Below are positions 54,438 to 64,000 of a stretch of 64,000 bases of DNA, one piece after another. The notes under the pieces were generated by a model that searched no databases, was not told the origin of the DNA, and saw nothing but the letters and a program-made list of their open reading frames with translations. The stretch lies in assembly GCA_934747255.1 (NCBI GenBank), contig CAKVGH010000005.1, forward strand, positions 7,273-71,272. Direction: 5' to 3'. Made by a program: the position numbers and the translations under genes. The DNA comes from an uncultured Clostridia bacterium (GTDB taxonomy: Bacteria; Bacillota; Clostridia; Christensenellales; UBA1242). Within the stretch, counting starts at the first letter, position 1. The number at the start of each line of letters is the position of its first letter.

Positions 54438-54638
54438 ATGAAAAACAATTTAGCAAAAAATCTAGTTGCATTAAGAAAAGAAAAAGAACTCTCCCAAAAA
54501 GACATTGCCAAAATTTGTAATACAACTTTCCAAACAATTTCTAGATGGGAGAATGGAACTAATGAACCCGATATTGACACACTAATTTTGTTGTCTAGTT
54601 TTTTTGGCGTCACAATAGATGAACTAATAAAAAATTAA
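54438..54638 (+). CDS. XRE-family helix-turn-helix transcriptional regulator (66 aa)
   Basis: LVALRKEKELSQKDIAKICNTTFQTISRWENGTNEPDIDTLILLSSFFGVTIDELI is a canonical HTH_3/Cro-CI pattern. Start trimmed to ATG 54438. Confidence 0.85.
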   Translation: MKNNLAKNLVALRKEKELSQKDIAKICNTTFQTISRWENGTNEPDIDTLILLSSFFGVTIDELIKN

Positions 54639-54644
54639 CTTATT

Positions 54645-54672
54645 AAAAAGTCCTTTAGGGGTTAACACTTTT
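54645..54672. terminator. Weak bidirectional terminator between the XRE gene and the protease gene
   Basis: aaaaagt-cctttaggggttaac-actttt is an A/U-rich outer stem with an internal CC/GG pair. Confidence 0.4.
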
Positions 54673-54802
54673 GAAGCTAGCACAATAGAAAATAGAAACA
54701 ATGTAAATTTGATGAAAAGTTCCTTTATTTTTAATTAAAATTATCCATGTAATATCATGATAGTTTGTCCAAAATACAATCATGTCAAGTTTTTCAATTA
54801 AG

Positions 54803-56773
54803 CTAATGTGTTAAATTATTATGTTTTTTCTTTTTTCTTTTTTTGGGGACAAGAAAAGAAAATGTTAATATATAAACCACCCCTATAAAAAGTGAAATTA
54901 TTATTATTGTTAGAATAATGTCTGAACTGCTTTGCTTTAAATTATTATTGTTATTATCATTTGGATTATTAGGATTTGGAGCAATAGATTCTTCTTTTTG
55001 TAAATTTATTATCATTGTTGTGTTTTTGTAATTAGTCTTGTTTTCGCCCACATAGATTGCAGTTGCACTCGTTAACTTATCCACCAATAAATTTGAATTT
55101 TCCCATTGCCAACCAGCAGGCAAATTGATATCAGACAAACTTGTTGCATTGCTAGGAATTTTTATTTCACTATTGGGTTTTATTGGCACATCAATCGGCA
55201 AAATTTCAAACTCTAAAATTAAACTTTCCGTGTATTTTCCCATTCCTTTTATTATGATTTTAGCAATGCCAACATTTATATTGTTTTTGTAGGAAATGGT
55301 AAAATCTATATTTTCTATTAGAATTTGTGAATTTAGGATTAAATTTACCTTTGGACAAAGTTCTTGACCAGTAAAAGAAACAGAAGAAATGTTGCCATGT
55401 TGAGCAGTGGAAATATCAATTTTTTGTTCAGTTCCTTCATTTTCTTGCAAAACTGTATAAGCTTTTATTCTTCCAGCATAATTTATGCTATTCCAACCAT
55501 AAGAAGATTTGTAATGTGTGTTTTCACTTGAATTAAGTGAGTATAGAATATATGCACTTCCGCCACTATTGCTACTGACATTTACAACAACAGAGTAGTA
55601 TGTGCCATTATCAATTTTTGCCAAATTATTTAGTAAAATCGTGTGATATCCCCCATAATCCAAAACTCGCTCGCCACTTGCAGACAATGTTCCGCTTTCT
55701 GGATTTTCGGGGTCAGTTAAGTCGGTGTAAACTTGAACTTTGCAGGTTAGGTTATATCCATAAGTTGCTACATTAACCGCTTTCACATATTCGTTATGAG
55801 TGTTATCGCTTTTCTTTGCCATAAACACATTTGAAACGCATTTTGAATTGTTTTCACTTCGCATTGGTGCGTCTAGAACATTGTCGTAAAAATAGTTAAA
55901 ATCAAATTCCGACTTGCTTGCATATTTAAACCCACAAGTATTACCAATTGCACTATCATAAGAAAGGTAAAAGTAAGGAAGGGAATTATAACTGTTTTTA
56001 ATTATCCAACCACCATTTTGACTGGCGATTTTTGGCCGAAAATTGTTTGCTGGAATTGTATCGTCCCACCCAACTATAGTCATTGCGTGAGAAATTCCAT
56101 CACTAGTTTCACCTTTTGTGTTGTAGTAACTTACTTCTCGAGCGTTGAAATAAGACCCAGTTATTGCACCATATTTTACTATTGCTTTTTTTATTTCAGC
56201 TATTCTGTATGGCTCGGTATTATAGAAGTCAATTTGTTCGGCATCTAATAGTCTATATAGATTGTTTTCATAGGCATCAGCTTTTGTAGCCACATTTCCA
56301 GCTACAGGGGCACACCATTGGGATAACATTAAAAATGTGTTATGCGAACTTCCTGTTACATTCCATTTATCATTTGAATAAATGCCACTAGTGTTTCCAA
56401 GTGGGTCAGCATCTCTATTATGTGTTCTGTATGCAATTTGTGTTGGAGAAAAACGCAGAGTGTCTTTTGTGTTGTTGTCCAACTTATCTTTTAAAATTGA
56501 TGTTTCAGACGCACTTGCAGTTGCATAAGCCCAGCAAATATCTGTGTTTTCTTGGTCAAGATTTGGGGTTACGATATCATAATCGCAGCTGTTATATTTC
56601 TCTTGACTAGCAATTTTATCAATACTTATTGTGTTAAGTGTGATTACATTAGATGTTGTGTCAGCAAAAACAATATCATGCTTAATTATGGTTGGAAAAC
56701 ATGATAAAAGCAATATTAACATTACTAAAACAATAATTATTTTCGTTTTTTGTTTTTCAAGACATCTTTTCAT
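54803..56773 (-). CDS. Membrane-anchored surface papain-like (C1-type) cysteine peptidase with Ig-like/MBG-like repeat domains
   Basis: Signal-anchor KTKIIIVLVMLILLLSCFP. Catalytic contexts are NTDICWAYATASASE (Cys), HAMTIVGWDD (His) and GGWIIKNSYN (Asn). An MBG-like block reads DFTISYKNNINVGIAKIIIKGMGKYT, and LPAGWQWEN follows. There is an N-rich linker, a C-terminal TM segment and a KKRKKKK stop-transfer. Confidence 0.75.
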   Translation of the reverse strand: MKRCLEKQKTKIIIVLVMLILLLSCFPTIIKHDIVFADTTSNVITLNTISIDKIASQEKYNSCDYDIVTPNLDQENTDICWAYATASASETSILKDKLDNNTKDTLRFSPTQIAYRTHNRDADPLGNTSGIYSNDKWNVTGSSHNTFLMLSQWCAPVAGNVATKADAYENNLYRLLDAEQIDFYNTEPYRIAEIKKAIVKYGAITGSYFNAREVSYYNTKGETSDGISHAMTIVGWDDTIPANNFRPKIASQNGGWIIKNSYNSLPYFYLSYDSAIGNTCGFKYASKSEFDFNYFYDNVLDAPMRSENNSKCVSNVFMAKKSDNTHNEYVKAVNVATYGYNLTCKVQVYTDLTDPENPESGTLSASGERVLDYGGYHTILLNNLAKIDNGTYYSVVVNVSSNSGGSAYILYSLNSSENTHYKSSYGWNSINYAGRIKAYTVLQENEGTEQKIDISTAQHGNISSVSFTGQELCPKVNLILNSQILIENIDFTISYKNNINVGIAKIIIKGMGKYTESLILEFEILPIDVPIKPNSEIKIPSNATSLSDINLPAGWQWENSNLLVDKLTSATAIYVGENKTNYKNTTMIINLQKEESIAPNPNNPNDNNNNNLKQSSSDIILTIIIISLFIGVVYILTFSFLVPKKRKKKKHNNLTH

Positions 56774-56779
56774 AATATA

Positions 56780-56788
56780 ATATTAACA
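56780..56788 (-). promoter_or_regulatory. Extended -10-like TGtTAATAT, 6 nt upstream of the protease ATG (leaderless geometry)
   Basis: Minus strand reads TTTACG-18-(TGt)TAATAT-tatatt-ATG. No SD. Confidence 0.4.
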
Positions 56789-56990
56789 TATTTTGCTATT
56801 TGGCGTAAATAAAGATTGATAGTTTTAGAACTTACATAATAAAAGACAAGGAACAATTCGATATTCCTTTTGTCTTAGTTTCAAAAATTATTGACTAATT
56901 TTAAGTTTTTACTTTATTAAAAGACTTTTTTATTTTTTTATTTATGATTCTTTGAAAATTAAGTATTATGTATTTTAATTTTTGCAATTT

Positions 56991-58436
56991 TTAATTTGCC
57001 ACTGTTTGCTCTGCTCTTTTTTGAGATATACTATCTTTTATCTTATAGCAAAGTCTAATTACAAAGTAAAGTCCTACACAAAGCAAAATAAACACAAGAT
57101 AAACTAAAAATTGAATAAACGGATAAAATGTAAATGCGCCAATATTGAGTATTGGAACAAAAAGTTTTCCTAAAAATGCCACAAAGCCTGTTGCAACTTC
57201 GGCATCGAACATAAATAGATAATTTGCACTGTAAAAATTGTTACCAGTAACTTTTGCTATCATATTGAATGTAGAGCCTAATGCAAGCACAACAACAAAA
57301 TAAATTGTAAAACCTATCAAGCAGTCTTTAAGTGCTTTTTTATCAAGTCGTGGAAAAATTTTGAATAATAGTGCCAAAATTGGAGCAACCAAAACATTAG
57401 TGTGTTCATAAATAAAGTGCATATTATATAGATAAAACAAACCTTTTCCTTGCAAATCTGGAACAAATAATGCGAACATAATTCCAACAACATTTACGAT
57501 AACTGTAAAATTAAAAAGCTTTCTACTTTTAGTAATTAACGATAAAATAATCAAGTACGAACCTATATTGCATAATTGGAAAGGCAATTTTTTTATTGTA
57601 ATGCTAATTGCTCCAAACATTTGATTAAACTGGTAAAGAAGCGAAAGTGCAAGTGTCATACAAACTACCATTTTAGTTTCATTATCTCTATTTCTAAAAA
57701 CATAATAGATTAAAGGAATTTGACCTATGGTAATTATAATCCATAAAATATGAGAGAATGACCACGCACTGAAAATTATATTCGACCAGCCAAAAATGTG
57801 TTGTGGTACATAAATTGGCATTGCCACAATAAGTAGTAGCGGTAAAACAACAAAGTATTTTATTAAATCTTTTGACGAAGAAACATTAAAAAATTGTTTT
57901 TCTTGAAAAATCAAACTAACAACAATAGTTAATTCTAATAACCACTTAATTCCATAACAAAAACTTCTAAAAGTATTATTTAATAAAAATGCTTTGAAGC
58001 CTTCACTTAAAGAACCAATGGAATTTAGTCCCCGACCTAAACTTGATGTAGCATATTGCATGTACATTGGATACATACAGATACTAACAACCGTCATAAT
58101 TAAGCAAAATGTGTTTGCTATATTTTTAATAGTTTTATTTTTGTAAAACACAGCAATAGGTAAAATGACAAACGAAAGTGCACTAAACCATCTTACTAAC
58201 GCAAAAGATGCTTCCGTTGGCGTTATAGCAATTTCATTCTGTTCCAAACATCTAGCAAAACTATCTGGTAGCAATATTCCTACAAGCACTAACGAACAGT
58301 AAATAACTACTAATACTTTGAGAATTTTTGTCATTATTAAATCAAACTTTTCGTTATTTGCAAAAAATTTGTATTTACACAAAAAATAAACTCCAAAAAT
58401 TAACGCCATTGCTATTAAAAAAAACAAATAAAACAT
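56991..58436 (-). CDS. Polytopic integral membrane protein; the C-terminal half is YwaF/TMEM164-like
   Basis: About 12 or more hydrophobic segments. LPFQLCNIGSYLIILSL...FIYEHTNVL resembles the P-x-x-LC / H motifs of the YwaF (TIGR02206/TMEM164) family. Weak SD AAAGG. Confidence 0.65.
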   Translation of the reverse strand: MFYLFFLIAMALIFGVYFLCKYKFFANNEKFDLIMTKILKVLVVIYCSLVLVGILLPDSFARCLEQNEIAITPTEASFALVRWFSALSFVILPIAVFYKNKTIKNIANTFCLIMTVVSICMYPMYMQYATSSLGRGLNSIGSLSEGFKAFLLNNTFRSFCYGIKWLLELTIVVSLIFQEKQFFNVSSSKDLIKYFVVLPLLLIVAMPIYVPQHIFGWSNIIFSAWSFSHILWIIITIGQIPLIYYVFRNRDNETKMVVCMTLALSLLYQFNQMFGAISITIKKLPFQLCNIGSYLIILSLITKSRKLFNFTVIVNVVGIMFALFVPDLQGKGLFYLYNMHFIYEHTNVLVAPILALLFKIFPRLDKKALKDCLIGFTIYFVVVLALGSTFNMIAKVTGNNFYSANYLFMFDAEVATGFVAFLGKLFVPILNIGAFTFYPFIQFLVYLVFILLCVGLYFVIRLCYKIKDSISQKRAEQTVAN

Positions 58437-58606
58437 ATCTTTAACCTTTTTAATAAATTTTATCTTACCAAAACATTATAATATAATCTATCAAAAAAAC
58501 AAAAACCTTTTGAAATTTTGGTGAACGAAAAGTTTTTTTCAACTTATAAAATTACTATTATAACAATACCAAATCATAAAAGGTAATAAGACAACAGAAA
58601 AAGTAT

Positions 58607-58631
58607 AAAAAAACCGTGCCAAATTGACACG
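58607..58631 (-). terminator. tuf terminator (orientation-specific)
   Basis: Minus RNA reads CGUGUC-AAUUU-GGCACG (one GU) followed by GUUUUUUU. Confidence 0.7.
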
Positions 58632-58649
58632 ATTTTTTGTTTACTTAAA

Positions 58650-59852
58650 TTATTCAATAATTTTTGAAACAACACCTGAACCAACTGTTCTGCCACCTTC
58701 ACGGATAGCGAAACGAAGTCCTTGTTCAATAGCGATAGGTGTAATCAATGTAATTGTCATTGAAACGTTATCGCCTGGCATAACCATTTCAACGCCTGCT
58801 GGAAGTTCGATTGTTCCAGTAACGTCTGTTGTTCTGAAATAGAATTGTGGTCTGTAACCATTGAAGAATGCTGTATGACGGCCTCCTTCTTCTTTCTTCA
58901 AAACGTAAAGTTGTGCTTCAAATTTTGTGTGTGGGTGGATTGTACCTGGTTTGCAAAGTACTTGTCCTCTTTCGATGTCTTTTCTATCAACACCACGAAG
59001 TAATAAACCAACGTTATCACCTGCTTGTGCTTGGTCTAGTTGTTTTCTAAACATTTCTACACCAGTAACAACTGTTTGTTTGTTAGCGCCCATACCAACG
59101 ATTTCTACTGTATCGTTAACTTTAACAACACCTCTTTCTACTCTACCTGTAGCAACTGTACCACGACCTGTGATTGTGAATACGTCTTCTACTGGCATCA
59201 AGAATGGGTCATCAATATCACGCTTTGGATCAGGAATGTATGAATCAATAGCGTCCATAAGTTCATAAATGCATTTGCATTCTGGACCATCAACTTTTCC
59301 TGCTTGTGCAGCTTCAAGAGCCTTTAATGCTGAACCACGAATGATTGGAGTATCGTCCCCTGGGAAATCATACTTGTTCAATAGTTCACGAATTTCCATT
59401 TCAACTAAGTCTAGAAGTTCTGGGTCGTCAACTTGGTCACATTTGTTCATAAATACTACGATATATGGAACACCTACTTGACGAGCAAGCAAGATATGTT
59501 CTCTTGTTTGTGGCATTGGGCCGTCAGCAGCAGAAACTACCAAGATAGCACCGTCCATTTGAGCAGCACCTGTAATCATGTTCTTTACATAGTCAGCGTG
59601 TCCTGGACAGTCAACGTGTGCATAGTGACGCTTTGCTGTTTCGTATTCAACGTGAGCAGTATTGATTGTAATACCTCTTGCTCTTTCTTCTGGGGCTTTA
59701 TCGATTTGGTCGTAAGCCATAGCTTGTGCTTCACCCTTTGCAGCTAATGTACAAGTAATTGCAGCTGTAAGAGTTGTTTTACCGTGGTCAACGTGGCCAA
59801 TAGTACCAATGTTAACGTGTGGTTTTGTTCTTTCAAATTTTGCTTTTGCCAT
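58650..59852 (-). CDS. tuf: Elongation factor Tu
   Basis: [33 protein letters not shown]...DCPGHADY...NKCD, 400 aa. Confidence 0.98.
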   Translation of the reverse strand: MAKAKFERTKPHVNIGTIGHVDHGKTTLTAAITCTLAAKGEAQAMAYDQIDKAPEERARGITINTAHVEYETAKRHYAHVDCPGHADYVKNMITGAAQMDGAILVVSAADGPMPQTREHILLARQVGVPYIVVFMNKCDQVDDPELLDLVEMEIRELLNKYDFPGDDTPIIRGSALKALEAAQAGKVDGPECKCIYELMDAIDSYIPDPKRDIDDPFLMPVEDVFTITGRGTVATGRVERGVVKVNDTVEIVGMGANKQTVVTGVEMFRKQLDQAQAGDNVGLLLRGVDRKDIERGQVLCKPGTIHPHTKFEAQLYVLKKEEGGRHTAFFNGYRPQFYFRTTDVTGTIELPAGVEMVMPGDNVSMTITLITPIAIEQGLRFAIREGGRTVGSGVVSKIIE

Positions 59853-59953
59853 TTTTGAAAATTCTCCTTATAAATATTTTTTGATTACCTTTGTACTTTC
59901 GCTATTTCTAGCACCCACCAAAGATAAATAGGGTTTTTTACCCTTTCTCCATT

Positions 59954-59982
59954 ATTATAGTATAAAACAATTTGTAAATCAA
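59954..59982 (-). promoter_or_regulatory. Internal promoter TTGATT-17-TATAAT in the fusA-tuf spacer
   Basis: Minus strand reads TTGATT (59982..59977), a 17-nt spacer tacaaattgttttatac and TATAAT (59959..59954). An AGGGU-AAAAA-ACCCU hairpin follows downstream in the tuf leader. Confidence 0.55.
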
Positions 59983-60022
59983 ATTTTTTTAACTATTTTT
60001 TTGGAGAAAAGTTAATTTTTAA

Positions 60023-62104
60023 TTATTCCTTCTTTGCTCTTTCGCCAATAATCTTTTCAGCGATATTCTTTGGAACTTCTGCATAATGGTCAAATACCAT
60101 TGTAAATGTTCCTCTACCTTGTGTTGTAGAACGAAGGTCTGTAACATAACCGAACATTTCGGCTAGTGGTACTTGTGCTTCAATTTTTTGAATACCAAAT
60201 TCAGCAGTAGCACCTTGCAAGATACCTCTTCTTGAAGTTAATCCACCCATAACATCACCTAAGTAATCATCTGGTGTTTCAACATTAACTTTCATAATAG
60301 GTTCTAGCAAGCAAGGATTTGCCTTTTTAGCACCTTCTTTGAATGCCATACTTCCTGCAATATGGAATGCCATTTCTGACGAGTCAACTTCGTGGTAAGA
60401 ACCATCATATAGTCTAACCTTAAAGTCAACCATTTCATATCCAGCCAAAATACCATTCTTGGCTGCTTCTTGGATACCTTCATCAATTGCTGGGATATAT
60501 TCCTTTGGAATAGCACCACCAACGATGTTATTGATAAATTCGTAACCCTTGGTTGGTTCGTTTGGTTCAAGTTCGATTAAACAGTGACCATATTGACCTT
60601 TACCACCTGATTGACGAATGTATTTTCCTTCGGCAGAAACTTTGTTTTTGATTGTTTCTTTGTAGGCAACTTGTGGACGACCAATGTTACATTCAACATT
60701 AAATTCTCTACGAAGTCTGTCTACCATAATATCTAGGTGAAGTTCTCCAACACCTGCGATAATAGTTTGTCCTGAATTTTCATCAGTCCAAGTTTTGAAA
60801 GTTGGGTCTTCCTTTGTAAGTTTAATCAAAGCAAGTACCATCTTTTCTTGGTCAGCCTTTGTTTTTGGCTCGATTGATTGTTCGATAACTGGGTCTGGGA
60901 AAGTCATACTTGATAGAGCAATTGGGTGTGCTTCATCACAAAGTGTATCACCTGTAACTGTATCTTTAAGTCCAACTAACGCAGCAATATCTCCTGCACG
61001 AACTTCATCAATTTCCTTTCTTTCGTTAGCGTGCATTCTAACGATACGACCAATTCTTTCTCTCTTTCTTGTTCTTGGGTTATAAACATAAGAACCCGAA
61101 GATAAAACACCTGAATAAACACGGAAGAATGTTAAGTTTCCAACAAACTTATCGTCCATAATCTTGAACGCAAGTCCAGCAAATGGAGCATTGTCGTCTG
61201 TCCTTCTAACTTCTTCTTGGTCTGTTTCTGGGTTAATACCTGTGATGTGGTCAACATCAACTGGGCTTGGCAAGTAGTCAACAACTGCATCAAGCATTGG
61301 TTGAACACCTTTGTTTCTTAAAGCAGTACCGCAGATAACTGGGTTGATTTTAAGTTCACAAGTTGCTTTTCTAATTGCTTTTTTAAGTTCTTCTTTTGTG
61401 ATTTCTTCGCCAGCAAAATATTTTTCAAGCAATGCATCGTCTGTTTCAACAACAGATTCAATCATTTTTGCTCTGTATTCTTCTGCTTTTGCTTTGTATT
61501 CTTCTGGAATTTCTGTTACATTGAAAATTTTTCCATCGTCTTCGTTGTAGATAATAGCGTGCATTTCAATTAGGTCAATAATTCCTCTAAATGAAGATTC
61601 TTGACCGATAGGAATTTGAATACAAACTGGGTTACCTTTCAAACGAGTTTTTACACTCTCGGCAGCCTTGTAGAAATTGGCATCATCTCTATCCATTTTG
61701 TTTACGAATACCATTCTTGGAACTTTATATTCGTTTGCTTGTCTCCAAACAGTTTCACTTTGTGGTTGAGCACCTTCTCTTGCAGCAAGGACAAGTATCG
61801 CACCGTCCAAAACTTTAAGTGATCTTTGAACTTCAACTGTAAAGTCAACGTGTCCAGGAGTATCAATGATATTGATTTTATTGCCTCTCCAAATACAAGT
61901 AGTACAAGCAGAAGTAATTGTGATACCTCTTTCTTGTTCCTGAGCCATCCAGTCCATTGTTGCTTCACCTTCGTGAACTTCACCAATTTTGTGACTGATA
62001 CCTGTATAATACAAAATTCTTTCGGTTGTGGTTGTTTTACCAGCATCAATGTGTGCCATAATACCGATATTTCTTGTATTTTCTAGACTGTAATCTCTAG
62101 CCAT
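60023..62104 (-). CDS. fusA: Elongation factor G
   Basis: [24 protein letters not shown]...DTPGHVDFT...NKMD, 693 aa. Confidence 0.98.
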   Translation of the reverse strand: MARDYSLENTRNIGIMAHIDAGKTTTTERILYYTGISHKIGEVHEGEATMDWMAQEQERGITITSACTTCIWRGNKINIIDTPGHVDFTVEVQRSLKVLDGAILVLAAREGAQPQSETVWRQANEYKVPRMVFVNKMDRDDANFYKAAESVKTRLKGNPVCIQIPIGQESSFRGIIDLIEMHAIIYNEDDGKIFNVTEIPEEYKAKAEEYRAKMIESVVETDDALLEKYFAGEEITKEELKKAIRKATCELKINPVICGTALRNKGVQPMLDAVVDYLPSPVDVDHITGINPETDQEEVRRTDDNAPFAGLAFKIMDDKFVGNLTFFRVYSGVLSSGSYVYNPRTRKRERIGRIVRMHANERKEIDEVRAGDIAALVGLKDTVTGDTLCDEAHPIALSSMTFPDPVIEQSIEPKTKADQEKMVLALIKLTKEDPTFKTWTDENSGQTIIAGVGELHLDIMVDRLRREFNVECNIGRPQVAYKETIKNKVSAEGKYIRQSGGKGQYGHCLIELEPNEPTKGYEFINNIVGGAIPKEYIPAIDEGIQEAAKNGILAGYEMVDFKVRLYDGSYHEVDSSEMAFHIAGSMAFKEGAKKANPCLLEPIMKVNVETPDDYLGDVMGGLTSRRGILQGATAEFGIQKIEAQVPLAEMFGYVTDLRSTTQGRGTFTMVFDHYAEVPKNIAEKIIGERAKKE

Positions 62105-62181
62105 AATTTTTCTCCTTTTTTGTATTGAAACATTTTCTCAATTTGAAAAAATGTGTTGTCTAATACTGATAAAGCATTGTA

Positions 62182-62652
62182 TTAGAACTTGAAGTGAGCA
62201 AAAGCCTTGTTTGCTTCTGCCATTCTGTGCATTTCATCTTTACGCTTAACTGCACCACCTGCATTGTTGTAAGCATCAACGATTTCTGCTGCAAGTTTGT
62301 TGTCCATATCTCTTTCGCTACGCTTTCTAGCAAAGAAAACTAGCCATCTAATTCCTAGTGTTTGTCTTCTTTCTGGACGAACTTCCATTGGTACTTGGTA
62401 GTTTGAACCACCTACTCTGCGTGCTTTTGTTTCCAAAACAGGCATACAGTTTTCAAGAGCCTTAGAAAATACTACAACTCCGTCTTGACCTAATTTTTCA
62501 CCTGCTTTATCAAATGCACTGTATACTATATGTTGAGCAATACTTTTCTTTCCATCAAGCATGACTTGATTGATAAGTTTTGCTACTACGATGCTATTAA
62601 ATTTTGGATCTGGTAAGATATCTCTTTTAATAGCGGCATTTCTTCTTGGCAT
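62182..62652 (-). CDS. rpsG: 30S ribosomal protein S7
   Basis: [37 protein letters not shown]. Confidence 0.96.
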   Translation of the reverse strand: MPRRNAAIKRDILPDPKFNSIVVAKLINQVMLDGKKSIAQHIVYSAFDKAGEKLGQDGVVVFSKALENCMPVLETKARRVGGSNYQVPMEVRPERRQTLGIRWLVFFARKRSERDMDNKLAAEIVDAYNNAGGAVKRKDEMHRMAEANKAFAHFKF

Positions 62653-62743
62653 AATAATTATTCCTTTTTATAAATTTATATATCATCTTATTAAAGATTT
62701 ATCGACTTTTTAATTTTGTTTTAGTTAAGTTAGCAGAAGACGA

Positions 62744-63115
62744 CTATTTAGGTCTTTTTGCACCATATTTACTACGGCTCTTCTTTCTGTTAGCAACACC
62801 AGCGGTATCAAGTGTACCACGAACTATATGGTATCTAACACCAGGTAAGTCCTTTACACGACCGCCACGAATCATAACAACGCTATGCTCTTGAAGGTTG
62901 TGACCAATTCCGCCAATATATGTTGTACCTTCTTGACCATTTGAAAGTTTTACTCTGGCAATTTTTCTCAAAGCAGAGTTAGGCTTTTTAGGTGTTGTTG
63001 TTGTAACTGATAGACAAACACCACGCTTTTGTGGGCATTCTTGAAGCAATGGGCTTTTTGATTTTTTGCTTGTTTGCTTTCTACCTTTACGAACTAATTG
63101 ATTTATTGTTGGCAT
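62744..63115 (-). CDS. rpsL: 30S ribosomal protein S12
   Basis: [14 protein letters not shown]...[10 protein letters not shown]...[17 protein letters not shown]. Confidence 0.96.
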   Translation of the reverse strand: MPTINQLVRKGRKQTSKKSKSPLLQECPQKRGVCLSVTTTTPKKPNSALRKIARVKLSNGQEGTTYIGGIGHNLQEHSVVMIRGGRVKDLPGVRYHIVRGTLDTAGVANRKKSRSKYGAKRPK

Positions 63116-63377
63116 AATTTTTCCTCCTTAAAAAATTGATAACAATCGGTTTCAACCCAAACTAATTGTTACTATAAAGAGAGAACTAAAACAAAATTCC
63201 TTAAAAAATCGCAACATTTTTTAATTAACCTTGATTGAGTTATGCTCTCTAGTTATTCCAGTTATTACTGGAACTAACAGGATTTTAGCATATCCTTTAA
63301 TGTGCTAATTTTAGTTTGAAAATTTGTGATTGCACACAAAAAAACAAACTTTACAAAAGTACGAAAATAATTCTAAC

Positions 63378-63429
63378 AAAAAAACAAGACATTGTCAACA
63401 TTTTTTTGATTTTTTTGTCTTGTTTTTTT
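63378..63429 (-). terminator. Long hairpin (13-bp stem), probable terminator of the 63640..63987 gene
   Basis: aaaaaaacaagac (63378..63390) is the exact reverse complement of gtcttgttttttt (63417..63429). The loop is 26 nt with an inner TCAA/TTGA pair. Confidence 0.5.
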
Positions 63430-63639
63430 AATAGATTTTTTATTGTTTTTTGATACTAAATTTCAATATAATTTTAAGCAAATTTTTAGTGCTTTTTACT
63501 GCAAATTTTATATTATTTTTGGAAACCGTTTTTAACATTATTTTTCATTGTAAAATTTTTATAAATCAGTATTTTCATAAATATTTCAATTGAAAAATTA
63601 AATGAAAATTTGAAAGCATATAAAAATTAAAAATGCTCA

Positions 63640-63987
63640 TTACATATTGAGCATTTCTAATTCTTCTTCATTCAATTGTTCGTTCATATCTTTGTTAGCT
63701 TGTCTCATTGTCTTTGCACGATTATATTGCTTTGCTTTTCTAGCAAGTTTTTGTTCAAATTCATCTTTTTGATAATCGCTAGAATAAATTGCGTTACCTG
63801 CCATATGAGTTTCTTCAAAGATACGATTGCTTGCACTAACAAGTGATTTTGCATCTAGTTGGCTAATAACATTTTGATTAGACTTTGCATCAACTTTGCC
63901 AGTTTCAATAGTACTCATAAATCCATCAAGATATTCCTTAGTTGTTCTATAATCTCTTGCCATAGCTGTTATCACTTTGTTTTCCAT
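63640..63987 (-). CDS. Hypothetical protein (115 aa, charged helical C-terminus)
   Basis: ORF with SD AGGAGAAAG. No family motif recognised. Confidence 0.6.
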   Translation of the reverse strand: MENKVITAMARDYRTTKEYLDGFMSTIETGKVDAKSNQNVISQLDAKSLVSASNRIFEETHMAGNAIYSSDYQKDEFEQKLARKAKQYNRAKTMRQANKDMNEQLNEEELEMLNM

Positions 63988-64000
63988 TAGTCTTTCTCCT

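Noticed and set aside
54181-58436. The XRE, small-ORF, protease and membrane-protein region considered as a prophage or integrative-element remnant, or as a toxin-antitoxin pair.
   Set aside because: I found no integrase, recombinase, phage structural genes, tRNA target or flanking direct repeats. The small ORF is divergent from the XRE gene rather than co-transcribed with it, which does not fit a typical type II TA operon.

Overview
This 64-kb window looks like chromosomal sequence from a low-GC (about one-third G+C by eye), Clostridia-like Firmicute that uses the standard code. All calls rest on reading the sequence and recalling family motifs; no database search was run.

Nearly all genes are on the minus strand. 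In descending coordinates the backbone is:
- the str operon (rpsL, rpsG, fusA, tuf);
- about 17 kb of non-ribosomal genes;
- the complete S10-spc-alpha ribosomal superoperon (rpsJ through rplQ), including secY, adk, map, a KOW protein, infA and an rpmJ that the ORF track missed;
- two GT4 glycosyltransferases, uvrC, murB, a PHP phosphoesterase, whiA, dnaE, pfkA and greA;
- the tmk-holB-ricT-trmN6-like-rsmI block;
- a NifU-like/GGGtGRT pair and a partial yigZ at the window edge.

The segment between tuf and rpsJ holds:
- a DUF1858 protein;
- an SPFH (YdjI/COG4260-like) protein with a Q/N-rich domain and two zinc ribbons;
- a PRC-barrel protein;
- an 884-aa membrane/coiled-coil protein with a KKPA-repeat tail;
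- addBA;
- a small XRE switch;
- a surface papain-like protease;
- a YwaF/TMEM164-like membrane protein.

I found no rRNA, tRNA, CRISPR array, transposase or integrase.

The most interesting signals are regulatory:
1. At least eight genes have a -10 box exactly 6 nt upstream of the ATG and no Shine-Dalgarno, which is leaderless geometry. They include yigZ, dnaE, uvrC, addB and the XRE switch genes.
2. A compact divergent, leaderless XRE/62-aa switch with two 18-nt direct repeats sits directly upstream of addBA.
3. A GC-enriched, structured leader of about 200 nt precedes rpsJ and has an internal U7 tract and a long-range 9-bp pairing.
4. A structured 213-nt rpmJ-rpsM spacer and a terminator-like hairpin in the greA leader.

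At the protein level, L24 carries a Cys4 zinc ribbon and a histone-H1-like tail, and lysine-rich tails recur on other proteins.
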